Source of the DNA: Eledone cirrhosa
Lineage: Eukaryota
DNA: 64,000 bases
Direction of reading: 5' to 3'
NCBI GenBank assembly: GCA_964016885.1
Contig: OZ024742.1
Span: 264,120,001-264,184,000 of the forward strand
This document shows, piece after piece, positions 39,010-53,190 of this stretch; the stretch's first letter is position 1, and each line of letters opens with the position of its first letter. Below the pieces are notes generated by a model. It made no database searches. It was not told where the DNA came from and saw only the letters and a program-made list of their open reading frames with translations. Made by a program: the position numbers and the translations under genes.

Positions 39010-40372
39010 AAAAAGTGAGAGCGACAGTTATTTTAAAAAAGAGTTTTAAAGTATATAAAGTATTACCGGTGTTGATGTATTATTAAAATTCATCTTATCA
39101 AATGTTGAGAATTACAATTAAAAAGAATTAATAGGAATTAAAAACTGAAAATTAAAGATTTAAAATTAAGTGTTGTAGTAATTTTTTTTCCGATCTTCCT
39201 TGCTCAGAAGAGGACTGGAGAATGAGTTCTTGTGTATATAGAGAGAGGGAGGTGTGTAGTCATGATAGTAGCAGCAGTGTTGGTAATTGTGTTTCTTCAC
39301 AGAACAAAATTGTTTTTTTGGGGCAAAGGAAATATTCTGTAAATATGTGTGTGTGTATCTGATTGTGTTAATTGACTGGTCAAGAGGTCAAATGGGGATG
39401 GGGAATTGTAAGCTAGAGACAAATTCTATGGTAGCAGTAGGGTTGTAAAAGAAATTCTATTATTGGAATATGGTTTTAGGGAGTGTGTGTATAGTGGCAA
39501 GGTGTATATATAACAATACACACATGTGTGTGTTTGTGGGGTGGATTGTGGTGTGTGAGGTTCCTTTGTGGTGGGAAATTAAAAAAAAATTTAATTAAAA
39601 GAAATACACCAGAATATCAGTAGTGGCTCTCACTTCTGGAATGAGTAATTCTTTCTCTCTTATTTTGTGGTGTGTGTGTGTGGGTGGGTGGTGGTGGTGG
39701 TGGTGGTGGGGGGGGGTCTAATGGGGGTGATTACATATTTAATTTTGGTTTAAATTTGTTAAATAGTCTTTTTTTTATTTATTCTTTGTTGTTGAGTGAA
39801 AGAATCGGAGCACTTGTAAGGGAGGAGGATTTTAAAGTTCCTGCTCAATCTGCAATGTGGCTACTTCAGGAAATTTTACGTGTTTACGTCTGGATTTGTT
39901 GGATGGTCATTCTTTTGCGTAATGACACACTCGTCTGTCCTATATAGTTATGTCGACAGCCACCGCATGTGATTACGTAGATCAGGTTCTCCGAGTTGCA
40001 AGTAAAGTTGTTTTCCACTGTTAAAGTTTAGCCATCTTTAAGCGTGAATTTTTGTCCTTCAATTAAGTATAGGCATGTGCAACAGTTTGTTCTTCAGCAT
40101 TTTTTCATCTTTAAATAGAATGGAGAGGTTCTTGTGTAGGGGGTCGAACATTTCAATGTTTCTGGGTTGAACGTGGATACGTATGGTAAGGTATTGTTTG
40201 ATGTTCTGTACTTTGGGTTGTTGGGTTGATGATAATTTGCGTGTTTTGCTTTGTCTATTCCGTTATTAATTATGTCAAGTGGGAAGGCTCTTAAGGCAAG
40301 TATGTTTTAAGTTCATTTAGTCTTTGTCCCGGTTTAGCTGGGTCTGATACTATAGTGCATATACGTTTGGCT
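39010..40372 (-). mobile_element. Penelope-like element 3' part (Cys motif plus GIY-YIG, Neptune-like)
   Basis: NCCTCLYL..FTCNSENLIYVITCGGC..YIGQT..LRKRM; long 3' UTR. Confidence 0.8.
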
Positions 40373-40619
40373 TCTTCGTTTTCTTTCTCACGTCGATCTT
40401 GCTATTTCATTTTCTCTCATTCTATCTCCTGATGAGATATATATATATATATATGAAAATAGGGAGAAAAAGACGATTATTAGGAAGAAAAAAATATATT
40501 TTTTATTTTTATTTTTTTCTCTTTTTTTCTCCGAATTGTTAGGAGTGTTTTCTTATTATATCAAGCGGTAAACTAATACATAACTTCATTGTACTGTGTT
40601 GTTTTTCGTTTACTGCTTG

Positions 40620-40697
<78 letters not shown>

Positions 40698-40722
40698 ATG
40701 TATATGTGTATGTATATATATA

Positions 40723-40961
40723 TTGATAATGCATAACATGCTGAAACCGGTAATAGACAATTATTAAATAAATAAATAAATAAATAAATAAATGCCATTG
40801 TTAATTAATAAATAAATTAACTAATACCTTAACACTTCACACAAAGTAAAATATTTTGTTTTAAACATTTTCTAACCCAGAAAAAAGAGAAAAAAATAAA
40901 AATAAAAATAAAAATAAAAAATATATTTTTTTCTTCCTAATAATCGTCTTTTTCTCCCTAT

Positions 40962-41005
<44 letters not shown>

Positions 41006-44000
41006 CAACTCGTGTGCTCCTTCTCCACATTTTATAATTATTATTTACTCCCACACGAGATACAGAAAATGCCAACTAAACAAAAACAGACTCCACTCTC
41101 ATTAACATCAATCAAGAGATGCTCCAAGAACTACAAAAAATAAACTCTAATTTGTCAATACTCACCAACAAACTTAATTCTACAAGTGAAGAAACAATCC
41201 CCAAATACACATCCTATGAAATCGACGACAATATCAACAACTTATGTGAAACAATAAAAAAACACCTGAATAACAACACAAATCCTATTCAAGCAAACGA
41301 GAAAACACGACACTAATACACTTACAACTTACCAAATAAAAAACAAATTAATACCACAATGGTACACATCTCTTAAAAACAGGAAATTCTCCTTTTGGAA
41401 GATGATACAAAATAATAAAAAAGCGGAGATCTATGAAAAATGAATTAACTCATCCCCATTAATCCTTCCCCGCAAACTACAAATTAAATCCATCCCAAAC
41501 GAACCCGAGACCCAAAGGCGCCTCAGGGAAAGAATGGCACTTGATAACATAAAAACCGAAATTGAACTCCTTAAATTGAGAGCCCAAGCAAATGAAGATA
41601 GGATCAAATCAATCGACGATGAGATTAATCAAGCAATTATCAATAAAACCAAAGACACTACCCTAGAGAATATTTCAAATTAAAACCAAAATAACAAGAA
41701 AACCAAATCACCACCCAAACACAACACAACAAAAAAACAATACCTCCCCACATACCAAAAAAAGAAGGCATCACCTCACCCCTACCTTCTACACCCACCA
41801 CATAGCTACCACACGGATTCCCAAGCAACAAATATAGTAATAGAGAAACATCAGCTACAAGATAGACACTACAACTTCTCTCCCACCAGGAGAAACCATA
41901 GAAACCCCCCTAACATGCCCACACAACAAACCACAACCATCCCCACACAACAAACCCACAACCATCATTATTTTCAACATAGAACCCAAAATACACAACT
42001 ACCACACATGCCACATAGGGCCTCACAACCACACACCAGCTATAAGGAAACCCTAATCTACCCCCTCCACTAATCACATCCTACTACAACAACACCAGCA
42101 GGGGACAATACAACCACATGAGACACTCTAACCACTACAACCACCATAACTACACACCATACAACAACAACAGCAGGACTCAATACAACCACACAAGACA
42201 ACCCTACTACAACTAACACCATGTCTACACACCCTACAACAACAGCAGGACTCAACACAACCATACGATACAACACAACTTCAACAACCACCACAACTAC
42301 ACACCCTATAACCACATCCATCAAATCTACACACCCTACAACAACAGCAGGGTTCAATACAACCACACGACACAACCTAACTTAAACAACCACCACAGCT
42401 ACACAGCCTCTAACAACAACAGCAGGGGCCAATACAACCATAAGAGACATCCAAACTTCAACAACCACCACAAATTCCGTAATCATTTTTTAGACATAGC
42501 ACACAGACACAGGGTAACGAGATAACACAAACACACAGGAGACACCAAATGTAATAACAATCGTTAATTAAACCTCTAAAGAATTAACAACAGACCAAAT
42601 AAACATACTCTCCAAAGGTCCCGAAATTTACACCAACTCCCCAACAACCAAACTACCCCGAAATGAATGAAGACATTGCAGAATTCTGTAGAAAACTAAA
42701 ACTCAGCGGGCAACTATACGACAAATACAATGAGAATGACTCAATAGCCAGAAATAGAAGCAACTACACCCCACCAAAAGGCAAGAACAAGTTCCTCGAT
42801 CAATTCTGCGAACACATTACTAATTACCCATACCACCACCTACACAGACATAAACAAAAACCTAACCTAAGCAAAAAAGAATGGAATGGTATTAACAGTC
42901 TAATGAACGACAAAACACTAACAATCAAAGAGGCGGATAAAGGGAGTGCAGTAGTCCTTATGAAGACAGATTACTACACAACTCTAGTACTCTCAACTCT
43001 AGAAAACCAAACATATTATGAAAAGGCCCAACACTACACACAACAGAAAATAATGAGAAACCTAAAATCCCTAACAACCCCTTACAAAGAAGGCCTTACC
43101 AACAAGGAAAATACAACTACATCACCAATTTCAATAGCAGAACCGGCCTTTTCTACGGTATCCCAAAGACCCACAAAAGCGAAGTAATAGGTAGGGCCTG
43201 CAAGCAAGCCACAGACAATTACATCAGTATACCCCCTCCTGTGAAACCCACCGCCTAAGCAATTTCCTAGATATTCTGCTTAAACCTTTCCTAAAACACA
43301 TAAAAAGCTTCATAAGGGACGACCTTGACATGCTCAACCATCTCCCAACAACACTCAATAATGAACATACCCTACTAGTAACCTTTGATGTAATCAATCT
43401 ATATTCCAATATCCCACACAACCTAGGTATAGAGGCAATACAATTCTGGCTTGAAAATTTCCCTAGTGAACTTCCACAGCACATCTCTAAAGAATTTGTG
43501 TTGGAGGGACTCAAATTCATCTTGGAAAACAACTTCTTCAAATTCGATGGCAAATACTACAGACAGAAATCTGGGACTGCCATGGGCACGAAAGTAGCCC
43601 CCTCATACGCCAACCTTGTCATGGGATATTTGGAAACCACTCTCTACCGCAAAGTTCTAGACAAATACGGTAACCACTTCTACCAACACATAGAAAAGAA
43701 CTGGAAGAGATATCTGGACGACTGCTTCATCCTCTGGCATGAAAGTATAGAAAAACTGATTGAGTTTAAAACCCTTCTAAATGGACTCAACACAAACTTA
43801 CAATTTACAATGGAGTACAGCCATGAACAACTCCCTTTCCTCGACAGCCTCATCAAGAAAACAAACAACAAAATAGAAACAGACATATACTACAAACCCA
43901 TAGACTCCAAAAATATCTTCCATTTAAATCGTTCCACCCTCGCCATACGAAAATGGGAATTACTTATAACCTAGCCAGAAGGATCTGCACAATAGTTTCA

Positions 44001-45390
44001 CACGACTAGAAGAATTAAAGAACACACTTATCAGCAGAAACTACCCACCATCCCTAATTAACATCCAGGAACTCAGACACCCCAAACCCAGGAATGAACC
44101 GCAACAGAAAACTCTACTATACATCTCCACACACAACCCCCCCTCAACAATGAGGCATTCGACACCATCCTCCAGAACATTCCTTTACTAAAAAGAGACC
44201 CTAAATCCATAAAAAACATCCCCACACAAGCCAAATCCAACCAACCCTCACAATGAACCCTACAGTAAAAAAAATGCGGAAGGCCCAACTGTGATATATG
44301 CATAAATCTAATAGTAGGTTCAACATTCCATTTTAAACAAGGACAACATTTCACAGTTAAATACAATTTTACATGAAAATTTAATCTATGTTTACATGAA
44401 AACTTAGTCTATGTTTGACCCGCTGATGTTGTCGAGAGCACTACATAGGACAGACAAAAAACAACCTCCGACAACGTATGACTGTCCATAGATCACAAAT
44501 CAAAATACAGGAATACAGAAAGATTGCTTTTAGTGAACATATCGCCAACATACACCTAACCAACATCCAAACTTTAAAATTTTCCCCATTTACAAATTCA
44601 TAGACAATGCTTCTTTCATCCATCGTACCAATAAGGAAACGTACTTCATTAACAAATTCCAACCTCTATTTAATGGACTAAACTTCGGACTAAACTAAAA
44701 CTGGAACGGACAATGAACAAAAGCCCCAATTCCCAAGTTCTCTAAAGAGTTACCTCCCTAACACCCTACCTAATCCTTTTTCTTATATAAATGAATTACC
44801 CCTCTTTTCTCTCTTCCCTACCTGACCACCCTGAATTACCTCCCCCTGCATATTAAATCTTTAAAAAGGGAAATCATATCACACCCCAGACTAGCATTTG
44901 CCTCCATTATGGACCAACCAAGCGCTCTTGCTATAATAACACATTTTGAACTGCTTATCCTCAAGAACTATGCCTGTAAATAATATTATTCTTTCTTTCC
45001 CACTACCTTATCATATTCCACATCACCTCCTTTTTTTTCTTTTTTCTTTTTACTTCAAAAACCTTGTTTGTAAATAATATTATTCTTTCTTTCCCATTTC
45101 CTTAACATGTTCAACATCACATTATTTTCTTTCCAACATTTTATACCAATAAAAATTCCCCCCTTTGATAATGCATAAAATGCTGAAACCGGTAATAAAC
45201 AATTATTAAATATATAAATAAATAAATAAATAAATGCCATTGTTAATTAATAAATTAACTGATACCTTAACACTTCACACAAAGTAAAATATTTTGTTTT
45301 AAACATTTTCTAACCAAGAAAAAAGAGAAAAAATTAAAGGAAAAAAATATATCTTTCTTCCTAATAATCGTCTTTTTCTCCTTATTTTCA
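40723..45390 (+). mobile_element. Near full-length Penelope-like element (Neptune-like) with direct pseudo-LTRs, decayed
   Basis: 40723-40966 is repeated at 45165-45390, with an inverted piece at 40455-40530. RT motifs IKEADKGSAVVLM, TFDVINLYSNI, QKSGTAMGTKVAPSYANL and RYLDD. CGRPNCDIC and YIGQT (GIY-YIG). Confidence 0.9.
45165..45200 (+). ncRNA. Degenerate HHR (UUGAUAA, U3-A8) in pLTR; second copy at 40723
   Basis: UUGAUAA-U-GCAU-AAA-AUGC-U-GAAA-CCGG-UA; stem I is poor. Confidence 0.5.
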
Positions 45391-45595
45391 TATATGTATA
45401 TATATATATATATATACACAATTACATAAACGGAGACAGCTATTAGGGATACTCCGACCAATTTCCAACTCACTCAACAAACATTAGGAAATATCGGAGT
45501 ATATTCCCAATTAAATGTTTGGGGTGCTAACTATATTGTATTGTGTGGATAATTGGTTGAACTATTTTATATGAGATATATTAAATAACTCATTT

Positions 45596-45717
45596 GCCAA
45601 ACGAATCGTTTCATTATAAGATTTCTACATGGTGGGTGAAATTATATCAAGTTATGTAGAAGCTTGTGTAAGATCAATGAATTCTTACGCAAGTGGGCCC
45701 TTATAAATCTTCAGTGA
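45596..45717 (-). ncRNA. Type I HHR with long stem II insertion
   Basis: CA-CUGAAGA-U-UUAUAAG..~80 nt..CUUAUAA-U-GAAA-CGA-U-UCG-UU|UG. Confidence 0.6.
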
Positions 45718-46216
45718 GTGCCCAATAATATTAATATTAATAACTAAATCAATATAAATATTTAGCGATAATCACCATCAGTGCTAGAAGGAACTGTTAG
45801 GTTGTAAGTCCAGCAGTTCTAAAGAAAATCTCACACTGTCCCGAAAATGGGAGGAGGAGGCTACCGCCCAAAAATAATTTACACGCAGGTCATTGAACTC
45901 TGACAAAAATTCAAGCCTCGTGCGAAGAACTCAATTGGGTATGAAAAGATAAATGTGTGCACTGTTTAAGGACACATAGAGATATTTTCTCAGGCAAAAT
46001 AACAGACATGAGATACAGGAACAAGCAACCAATATTCATATAAAAAAATTATATATATATAAGTAAGATGTATGGTAGGTCGTATGTGAATCGCGATGAT
46101 CACGTCTGACCTACCAAATATGTGACGGTAGCTAGTTAAGCTCTATGCGTATACGCAGAGCAGAAATATTAGTGAAAAAGAACAAAGGAACTATTATGAC
46201 ATTATAACAAGTTTAT

Positions 46217-46263
46217 TGCCGACAGCCGTTTCGTCCGACCACATGGTGGGACTTTTCAAGGCA
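46217..46263 (-). ncRNA. Type I HHR, U3-A8 covariant
   Basis: UGCC-UUGAAAA-GUCC-CACCAUGUGGUC-GGAC-GAAA-CGGCUG-UC|GGCA followed by AAUAAA; upstream lies an AT-rich ~1.2 kb UTR-like region. Confidence 0.85.
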
Positions 46264-47497
46264 TATAACATGTGATTGATTGTAAGATCATTATTTACAT
46301 CAACGTATCACTCAAGGCTAGCAGTTTGAAATTGTGGTATACATCAGCAACTCCGCTTGTATAGTTGGGGTCTATATTCTAAGGGGGCTCTTTTATATTA
46401 GTTGTCGGGGTCAGGGATTGAAGTTTAAAAATTAGATAATATATAATTTACGCATTAACAGTAAACTAAAAGACTTGGGGGCCCGTAGAAGCACCTTAGA
46501 AAATCCCTCAATAAGTGCATAAAGCTTACAGGCTCCAATAAACCTACTAGACTAGAAGAAATTAAGAGGGTAATAAAATAAAAAATAAAAATATAAAGTT
46601 TCCCTAAAAAATATATAAAGTTTCCTATGAAATTCCTTCTAGAGAAGAAGAAAAAAAAAAAAAAAATTTCCAAAAGAAAAAAACCTTCTTCCCCCGAGAT
46701 CACGTTTACAAATTTCAGAAAACTTACGAAGTTTTGATATTTCCTACTAAGTTGAAAGAAACTAATCAATTAAAGGTTAATTCAGAGAGCCTTCTATAAT
46801 TCTCTCAGAAAAGGCCCCTTTAATATTTTTAATAGGAACTTCTTCCGAGAGACCCTTCGAAGAATTAAAATTTTAGAGATCCTTTAAGGATATATATAAA
46901 AACGAATTGAGGAAAATTATACATTAAAAGTTAAAAATTACGGTATTTGGGATATCCGAGGAATTTTCAAAGGGCTGCTTCAACAGATACAACTTAGGCA
47001 TAATAGATACAATAATTTAAGTAATTTAAGTAATTTAATTAGGGAGCAATTCAAGGAGTTTATCAAGTTGGGCAAGATTAAAGAAAGTGGTAAATAAGAA
47101 AATACATAAGCAAAAAGACAATAATTATAAAATGTATTTTTAAGAAGGTATAAGGTAGCTTCAGTAATCTAACAATGTATTATCACAAAAAATTATTATA
47201 AAATTATTGATACAGGATCAAAAATTATTACAAAATTATTATAAAATTACCACAAAATTATCACAAAATTATAAAATTATTATAAAATTATTATAAAATT
47301 ATTACAAAATTATCATAAAATGATTACAAAATTATCACAAAATTATTGATACAGGATTAACAAAGACATAATAATATATATTCCTGCCTAATTAACAAGT
47401 AATCAAAACATTATTAACAGTCAGGCAAAATTAGCTCAGGGATATCCCGGACACTTTCTTGTTCACAAGTGTTTTTAGGCCTCATATCATGTTACTT

Positions 47498-47567
47498 TAT
47501 TTTATCTGATGAGAACACAATTTTTGTCCCAGGATGATGTTGTTTTCGAAATGCGCATAATAAAATA
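47498..47567 (+). ncRNA. Type I HHR with palindromic stem III
   Basis: UAUUUUAU-CUGAUGA-GAAC..GUUUUC-GAAA-UGCGCA-UA|AUAAAAUA. Confidence 0.8.
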
Positions 47568-47608
47568 TATGGAACTTGTTTAACCATCTTTTAATTTCTT
47601 CTTTATAT

Positions 47609-47664
<56 letters not shown>

Positions 47665-47780
47665 ATAGGATATGTGTTCCTTCCCGCACAAGGCGCTAAG
47701 GTACGCATGTATTGTCCAACCAAATGCCAGTGTGGTTCAATGGCGGGTTAATAAATTAACGAGCCAGAACAAATATAAAC

Positions 47781-48474
<694 letters not shown>

Positions 48475-48509
48475 ATGTATTAAAGAAAAAGAATGACTTC
48501 ACTTGTAAT

Positions 48510-48575
48510 TTACTCTTTTACTCTTTTACCTGTTCCAGCCATCCGGCTGAGGCCATGCTGGGGCACCGCCCTTGA
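48510..48575 (-). mobile_element. SINE 3' tail
   Basis: Reverse complement ggcggtgccccagcatggcc..gaacaggtaaaagagtaaaagagta resembles the 3' end of the 33025 SINE family. Confidence 0.6.
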
Positions 48576-48587
48576 ATAATAATGAGC

Positions 48588-48658
48588 CTCCCCGGCTGGG
48601 ATTCGAACCCCGGTCTACCGCGTGACAGGTGGGATACTTACCACTATACTACCGAGAA
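48588..48658 (-). tRNA. tRNA-Asp(GTC), probably a pseudogene
   Basis: TTCTCGGTAGTATAGTGGTAAGTATCCCACCTGTCACGCGGTAGACCGGGGTTCGAATCCCAGCCGGGGAG; mismatches in the anticodon and T stems. Confidence 0.8.
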
Positions 48659-48673
48659 ATGGCTAAAATTGCG

Positions 48674-48713
48674 TTCTCATGCCAGGAATCGAACCCGAGC
48701 CGCCTGGAATCCT
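48674..48713 (-). pseudogene. tRNA-Glu-like 3' fragment lacking the anticodon loop
   Basis: AGGATTCC-AGGCGGCTCGGGTTCGATTCCTGGCATGAGAA resembles metazoan tRNA-Glu with the anticodon region deleted. Confidence 0.55.
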
Positions 48714-48908
48714 TCGAAACAGTTCTAAACAATTTAATTGAATTTTATAATATTATGATTTTACAATTTGGTTTTGTAGATCTAGTAAGTTCTACTAGAG
48801 CTGTTAACTTCGGTGGGGAGATTTTTAAAGATTCCTGGTTAACTTTCCTGGAGAACTTTCTCGCATTCGTCGGTGGCGATTATCAAACTGATATATGTTC
48901 ATATATAT

Positions 48909-48950
<42 letters not shown>

Positions 48951-48956
<6 letters not shown>

Positions 48957-49147
48957 AATTAATATATCTACCGACATATGTATACAGATGCATACCTATG
49001 CTAGCAGATATATATGTTTTGTCTTAGTAACTTTGTAGTTCTATGCAGGGGAATGCAGAACAATTATATGAAAGACGTAAGAAAATTGACTTACTTACTA
49101 AAAATTTTAGTAAGTAAGTCAATTTTCATAACTTTCTTATTTACGTC

Positions 49148-49153
<6 letters not shown>
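48951..49153. mobile_element. Palindromic fragment of the 53.3-53.9 kb element family
   Basis: Centre ttacttactaaaaattttagtaagtaa at ~49103; the left part is the reverse complement of 53345-53515. Confidence 0.8.
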
Positions 49154-49188
<35 letters not shown>

Positions 49189-49258
49189 TAAATTGGTTAT
49201 CCACTCTTAATTCATTATATATATATTATATATATACATTTCGTTAGGATTCTGAGTT

Positions 49259-49951
49259 AGCTTTGCACGCTTATACATTCAAACCATATCTCAATAAGTG
49301 AGTAATGGGAACAACCAAGAATATAGTGAATATATTTCCTATAACCTCGTTACTATAGATTAGTTTGTCTCCCAGTTTACAGAACAGCCTGAAATGTGAG
49401 TAAATTGATTTGCATCATTCTATTGCCTCTATACTTCTTTGCAAATCTGTTTTGTTTTTCTTTTAATTTTCTCAACTGGTTGAGATCTGAACCAGCTATA
49501 AATTTAAGATATATTTTATTTTGAATTTGCCGCTATAGCACAGTCCCTTATCGAACGTCTAGTCGATCTTCCATGCATGACGTCACAATTTGTTGTCGAC
49601 TACTCTAGTCATCGTAGCAGTTATTTCTTGAAGTCCTAACTGGATAGACGGCTTCGCATACTCTCGCTCATCGTAGAGTTATTCCCCACTGAAGAAGCGA
49701 TCCAAAATTTTGTCTGGTCGCATGCACGGTGCAGTTATTGTGAAGGACAAATTGCAATAGCACTTGCGAAGCAATTAGCACTCGCAGAAATTTCGAGATC
49801 CAGTACAGCCACCTGCAATCGCCTCATTACAAACATACATCTTATACAGCTTTCCACTCTTATAGGTTCGAACCATATCTCATTGAGTGAGTAATGGGAA
49901 CAAACAAGAATATAGTGCTTATATTTCCTATAGTCTCGTTACTATAGATTA
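49259..49951 (+). mobile_element. Non-coding element with ~100 bp terminal direct repeats (589 bp period)
   Basis: 49259-49361 is repeated at 49848-49951; weak HHR-like CUGAAGA..GAAA at 49689-49800. Confidence 0.55.
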
Positions 49952-50368
49952 CATATAAGTAGGCAGGAACAAAGTCTCAAGGTTTCATCATATATAAACT
50001 CTATTTATATATGACAATTGTTTCGATATCTAACAGCTCAAGGTTCGATCATGATGACCGGGGCCCAACTTTGCATCGACAGCTGATCAGATTATACAGG
50101 TTTATATGTATAAATATATTCCTGGTTTTGGTTGTTGCTGTCTTCTATACGAAGTTCACACGTTGTCTATGTCTTCTCTTCACTGCCCCTTTAAAATCTC
50201 ATAATGTATTGCCACTCTAAAACACTGAATTCATTTCGTGTATCATTGAGTATTGATCGAGCATACTCAAATAAATTGATTCTTGTTGCAATCGTGCAAA
50301 TACGACATCGATGTACTGGTGATAATATGGCTAGTTCAGTTGCCTCCGTATCATTATTTCTTTGATTT

Positions 50369-50555
50369 GGCGGTGGATTGGCAGTTAGGGTAGACAGTCG
50401 GACACCATGCTTTGACGCATAAAGTTACGGCCCTTGCCATTCTGAGTTCAAATCCCGTCGAGATTAACTTTGCCTTTCATGCTTACGGGGTCGATAAAAT
50501 AAAGTACCAGTAATACACTGGGTGATTGCTGGCCTTGTGCCAGAAGTAGAAACAA
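50369..50555 (+). mobile_element. tRNA-derived SINE with TSD
   Basis: Flanked by tatttctttgatt on both sides. Confidence 0.85.
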
Positions 50556-50894
50556 ATATTTCTTTGATTATGTTCTTATTTTAGCTGCGACCAGTAAGGG
50601 TTACACAACAAAGACTATTATGTTCATACAATCTTATGATGTCGCCGATTCTTTTTTTTTTTTGCGTGATGGTCTGATGCTGTATTATGCAACAATAAAG
50701 GAAGTTGTTAAAATCCGGCTTTCTCATGTTTTCATTGATATATATATATATTTACAAAATGCGATTTTTGTAAATGCATTGAGTGAGTAGATAGCGACAG
50801 GGTTAGACGGAGTATAAACAGATAGCGGGTTAAACCTAAGCGCTCCCTCACCCTCTCTCTCTATCACACTCTCTCTTTCTCTCTCTCTCTCTCG

Positions 50895-50946
<52 letters not shown>

Positions 50947-51028
50947 ATAATAATAAATTTGAAGACTAAAATCCAAAGAGGGCTCGGTAAGGATAAATAT
51001 ATATCAAATATATAAGAACCGTAGAGCA

Positions 51029-53190
51029 AATATTTATTAAAATAACAGATTAAAGTTTAAGCAAAGAATCGCTGCTTTCACCCTTAACGGGATCTTCTGA
51101 AACTAACAAAGTCAATCTGTAAATGCAGAAGTAGATATTTCAAAAAACGTTGCAACCGGAGGAAGACAAGAAGCCGATACTTTGGTTCGTGGTAACGTTC
51201 GCTGGCGAAGAACGGGAAAAAACGAATAATACGTCATTAATAGGAGCGGTGAAAAACAATATGGTATAAAAGAGGTCGTAGACCAATGTTCTCTTTGGTG
51301 GTGCATAGAGACGTTCTCTGGCAATGAACGAAAAAAACGAAGATAATGCGTCATATGAGGAGCGTAGAGAACAATAGCACGCAACGACAAAACCACGTAA
51401 ATGTATAGCAGAAGTCGTAGACTAAAATTCTAACTAGGAGACCGAATGAATCTCCGCTACAGAGTTAAGAACAAAGTAAATAAATACAATACAGAAGTAA
51501 TAGAAATAAATAAATACATACACGCAAACAAATACGTACATACACAAGCATACGCACAAACTTACCATAGGTATACAAAACCACGCACATATAAATATGT
51601 GTGTGTGTGTATGCGTGTATACAAATAAATAAATAATTATATAAACGTATATAAATAAATAAATACTTATATAACAAGCTCACACACATACCTACATGTA
51701 AATACACGAATGTTCGGAGACGTAAGTCAACCAAAACATGAAGTACACAATACACACACTCTACATACGTACGAACCTGCATACTCACACAGACGCAAAA
51801 CTCCCATATACACATAGCCACACCATATGTACCAGAATATATAAAATTATACGCCATAACAATCAAATATACGTACGAGAAGGTATACAGGTATACGTAC
51901 CTTCACAAAACATACGGGTAATATATACTTACCTATGCAAATAAGTAAAGTATAAACAAAACATTTACTTAGCTCCCACACCCAATATAAGTTACACTGG
52001 GAGATCCTAGCTTGGGCTAGATCGTATAACGGAAATAAAAGACCATATGACCTCTGCGCCGCTGAGGCCCTGGAAATACTCTACGCCACAGACCACTTCT
52101 TAAACAAAAAATCTGAGGCAATTTCGGCTTGTAAACATAAATTGCACAAAACTTTCCTGTATTACAGCCCCACGTTATACCCTAACGGATAGTACGATCT
52201 ATACGTGGATATTTTACATCTTGATGTGGGAGCTAAGTATATGTTTTGTTTATACCTTTACTTATTTGCATAGGTAAGTATATATTACCCGTATGTTTTG
52301 TGAAGGTACGTATACCTTCTCGTACGTATATTTGATTGTTATGGCGTATAATTTTATATATTCTGGTACACATGGTGTGGCTATGTGTATATGAGAGTTT
52401 TGCGTCTGTGTGAGTATGCAGGTTCGTACGTATGTAGGGTGTGTGTGTATTGTGCACTTCATATTTTGGTTGACTTACGTCTCCGAACATTCGTGTATTT
52501 ACATGTAGGTATGTGTGTGAGCTTGTTATATAAGTATTTATTTATTTATATACGTTTATATAATTATTTATTTATTTGTATACACGCATACACACACACA
52601 CATATTTATATGTGCGTGGTTTTGTATACCTATGGTAAGTTTGTGCGTATGCTTGTGTATGTACGTATTTGTTTGCGTGTATGTATTTATTTATTTCTAT
52701 TACTTCTGTATTGTATTTATTTACTTTGTTCTTAACTCTGTAGCGGAGATTCATTCGGTCTCCTAGTTAGAATTTTAGTCTACGACTTCTGCTATACCAT
52801 TTACGTGGTTTTGTCTTTGCGTGCTATTGTTCTCCACGCTCCTCATATGACGTATTATCTTCGTTTTTTTCGTTCATTGCCAGAGAACGTCTCTATGCAC
52901 CACCAAAGAGAACATTGGTCTACGAACTCTTTTATACAATAAACGTGGTTCTGTCTTTGCACGTAATTGTTTTTCACCGCTCCTATTAATGACGTATTAT
53001 ATTCGTTTTTTCCCGTTCTTCGCCAGCGAACGTTTCTACGAACCAAAGTATCGTCTTCCTGTCTTCCTCCGGTTGCAACGTTTTTTGAAATATCCAGTTC
53101 TGCGTTCACAGATTAACTTTGTTAGTTTCAGAAGATCCCGTTAAGGGTGAAAGCAGCGATTCTTTGCTTAAACTTTAATCTGTTATTTTA

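Noticed and set aside
40425-40470. HHR at CUGAUGA-(UA)n-GAAA
   Set aside because: The GAAA belongs to an inverted pLTR fragment abutting a TA run and there is no valid stem III; probably a chance junction or a disrupted motif.
42663-43974. Telomerase or retron RT
   Set aside because: The downstream GIY-YIG and flanking pLTRs identify a Penelope-like element.
50005-50100. Minus-strand HHR (GAAACAAUUGUC)
   Set aside because: The 3' half is plausible, but the upstream core reads CUGAUCA and stem II does not pair.
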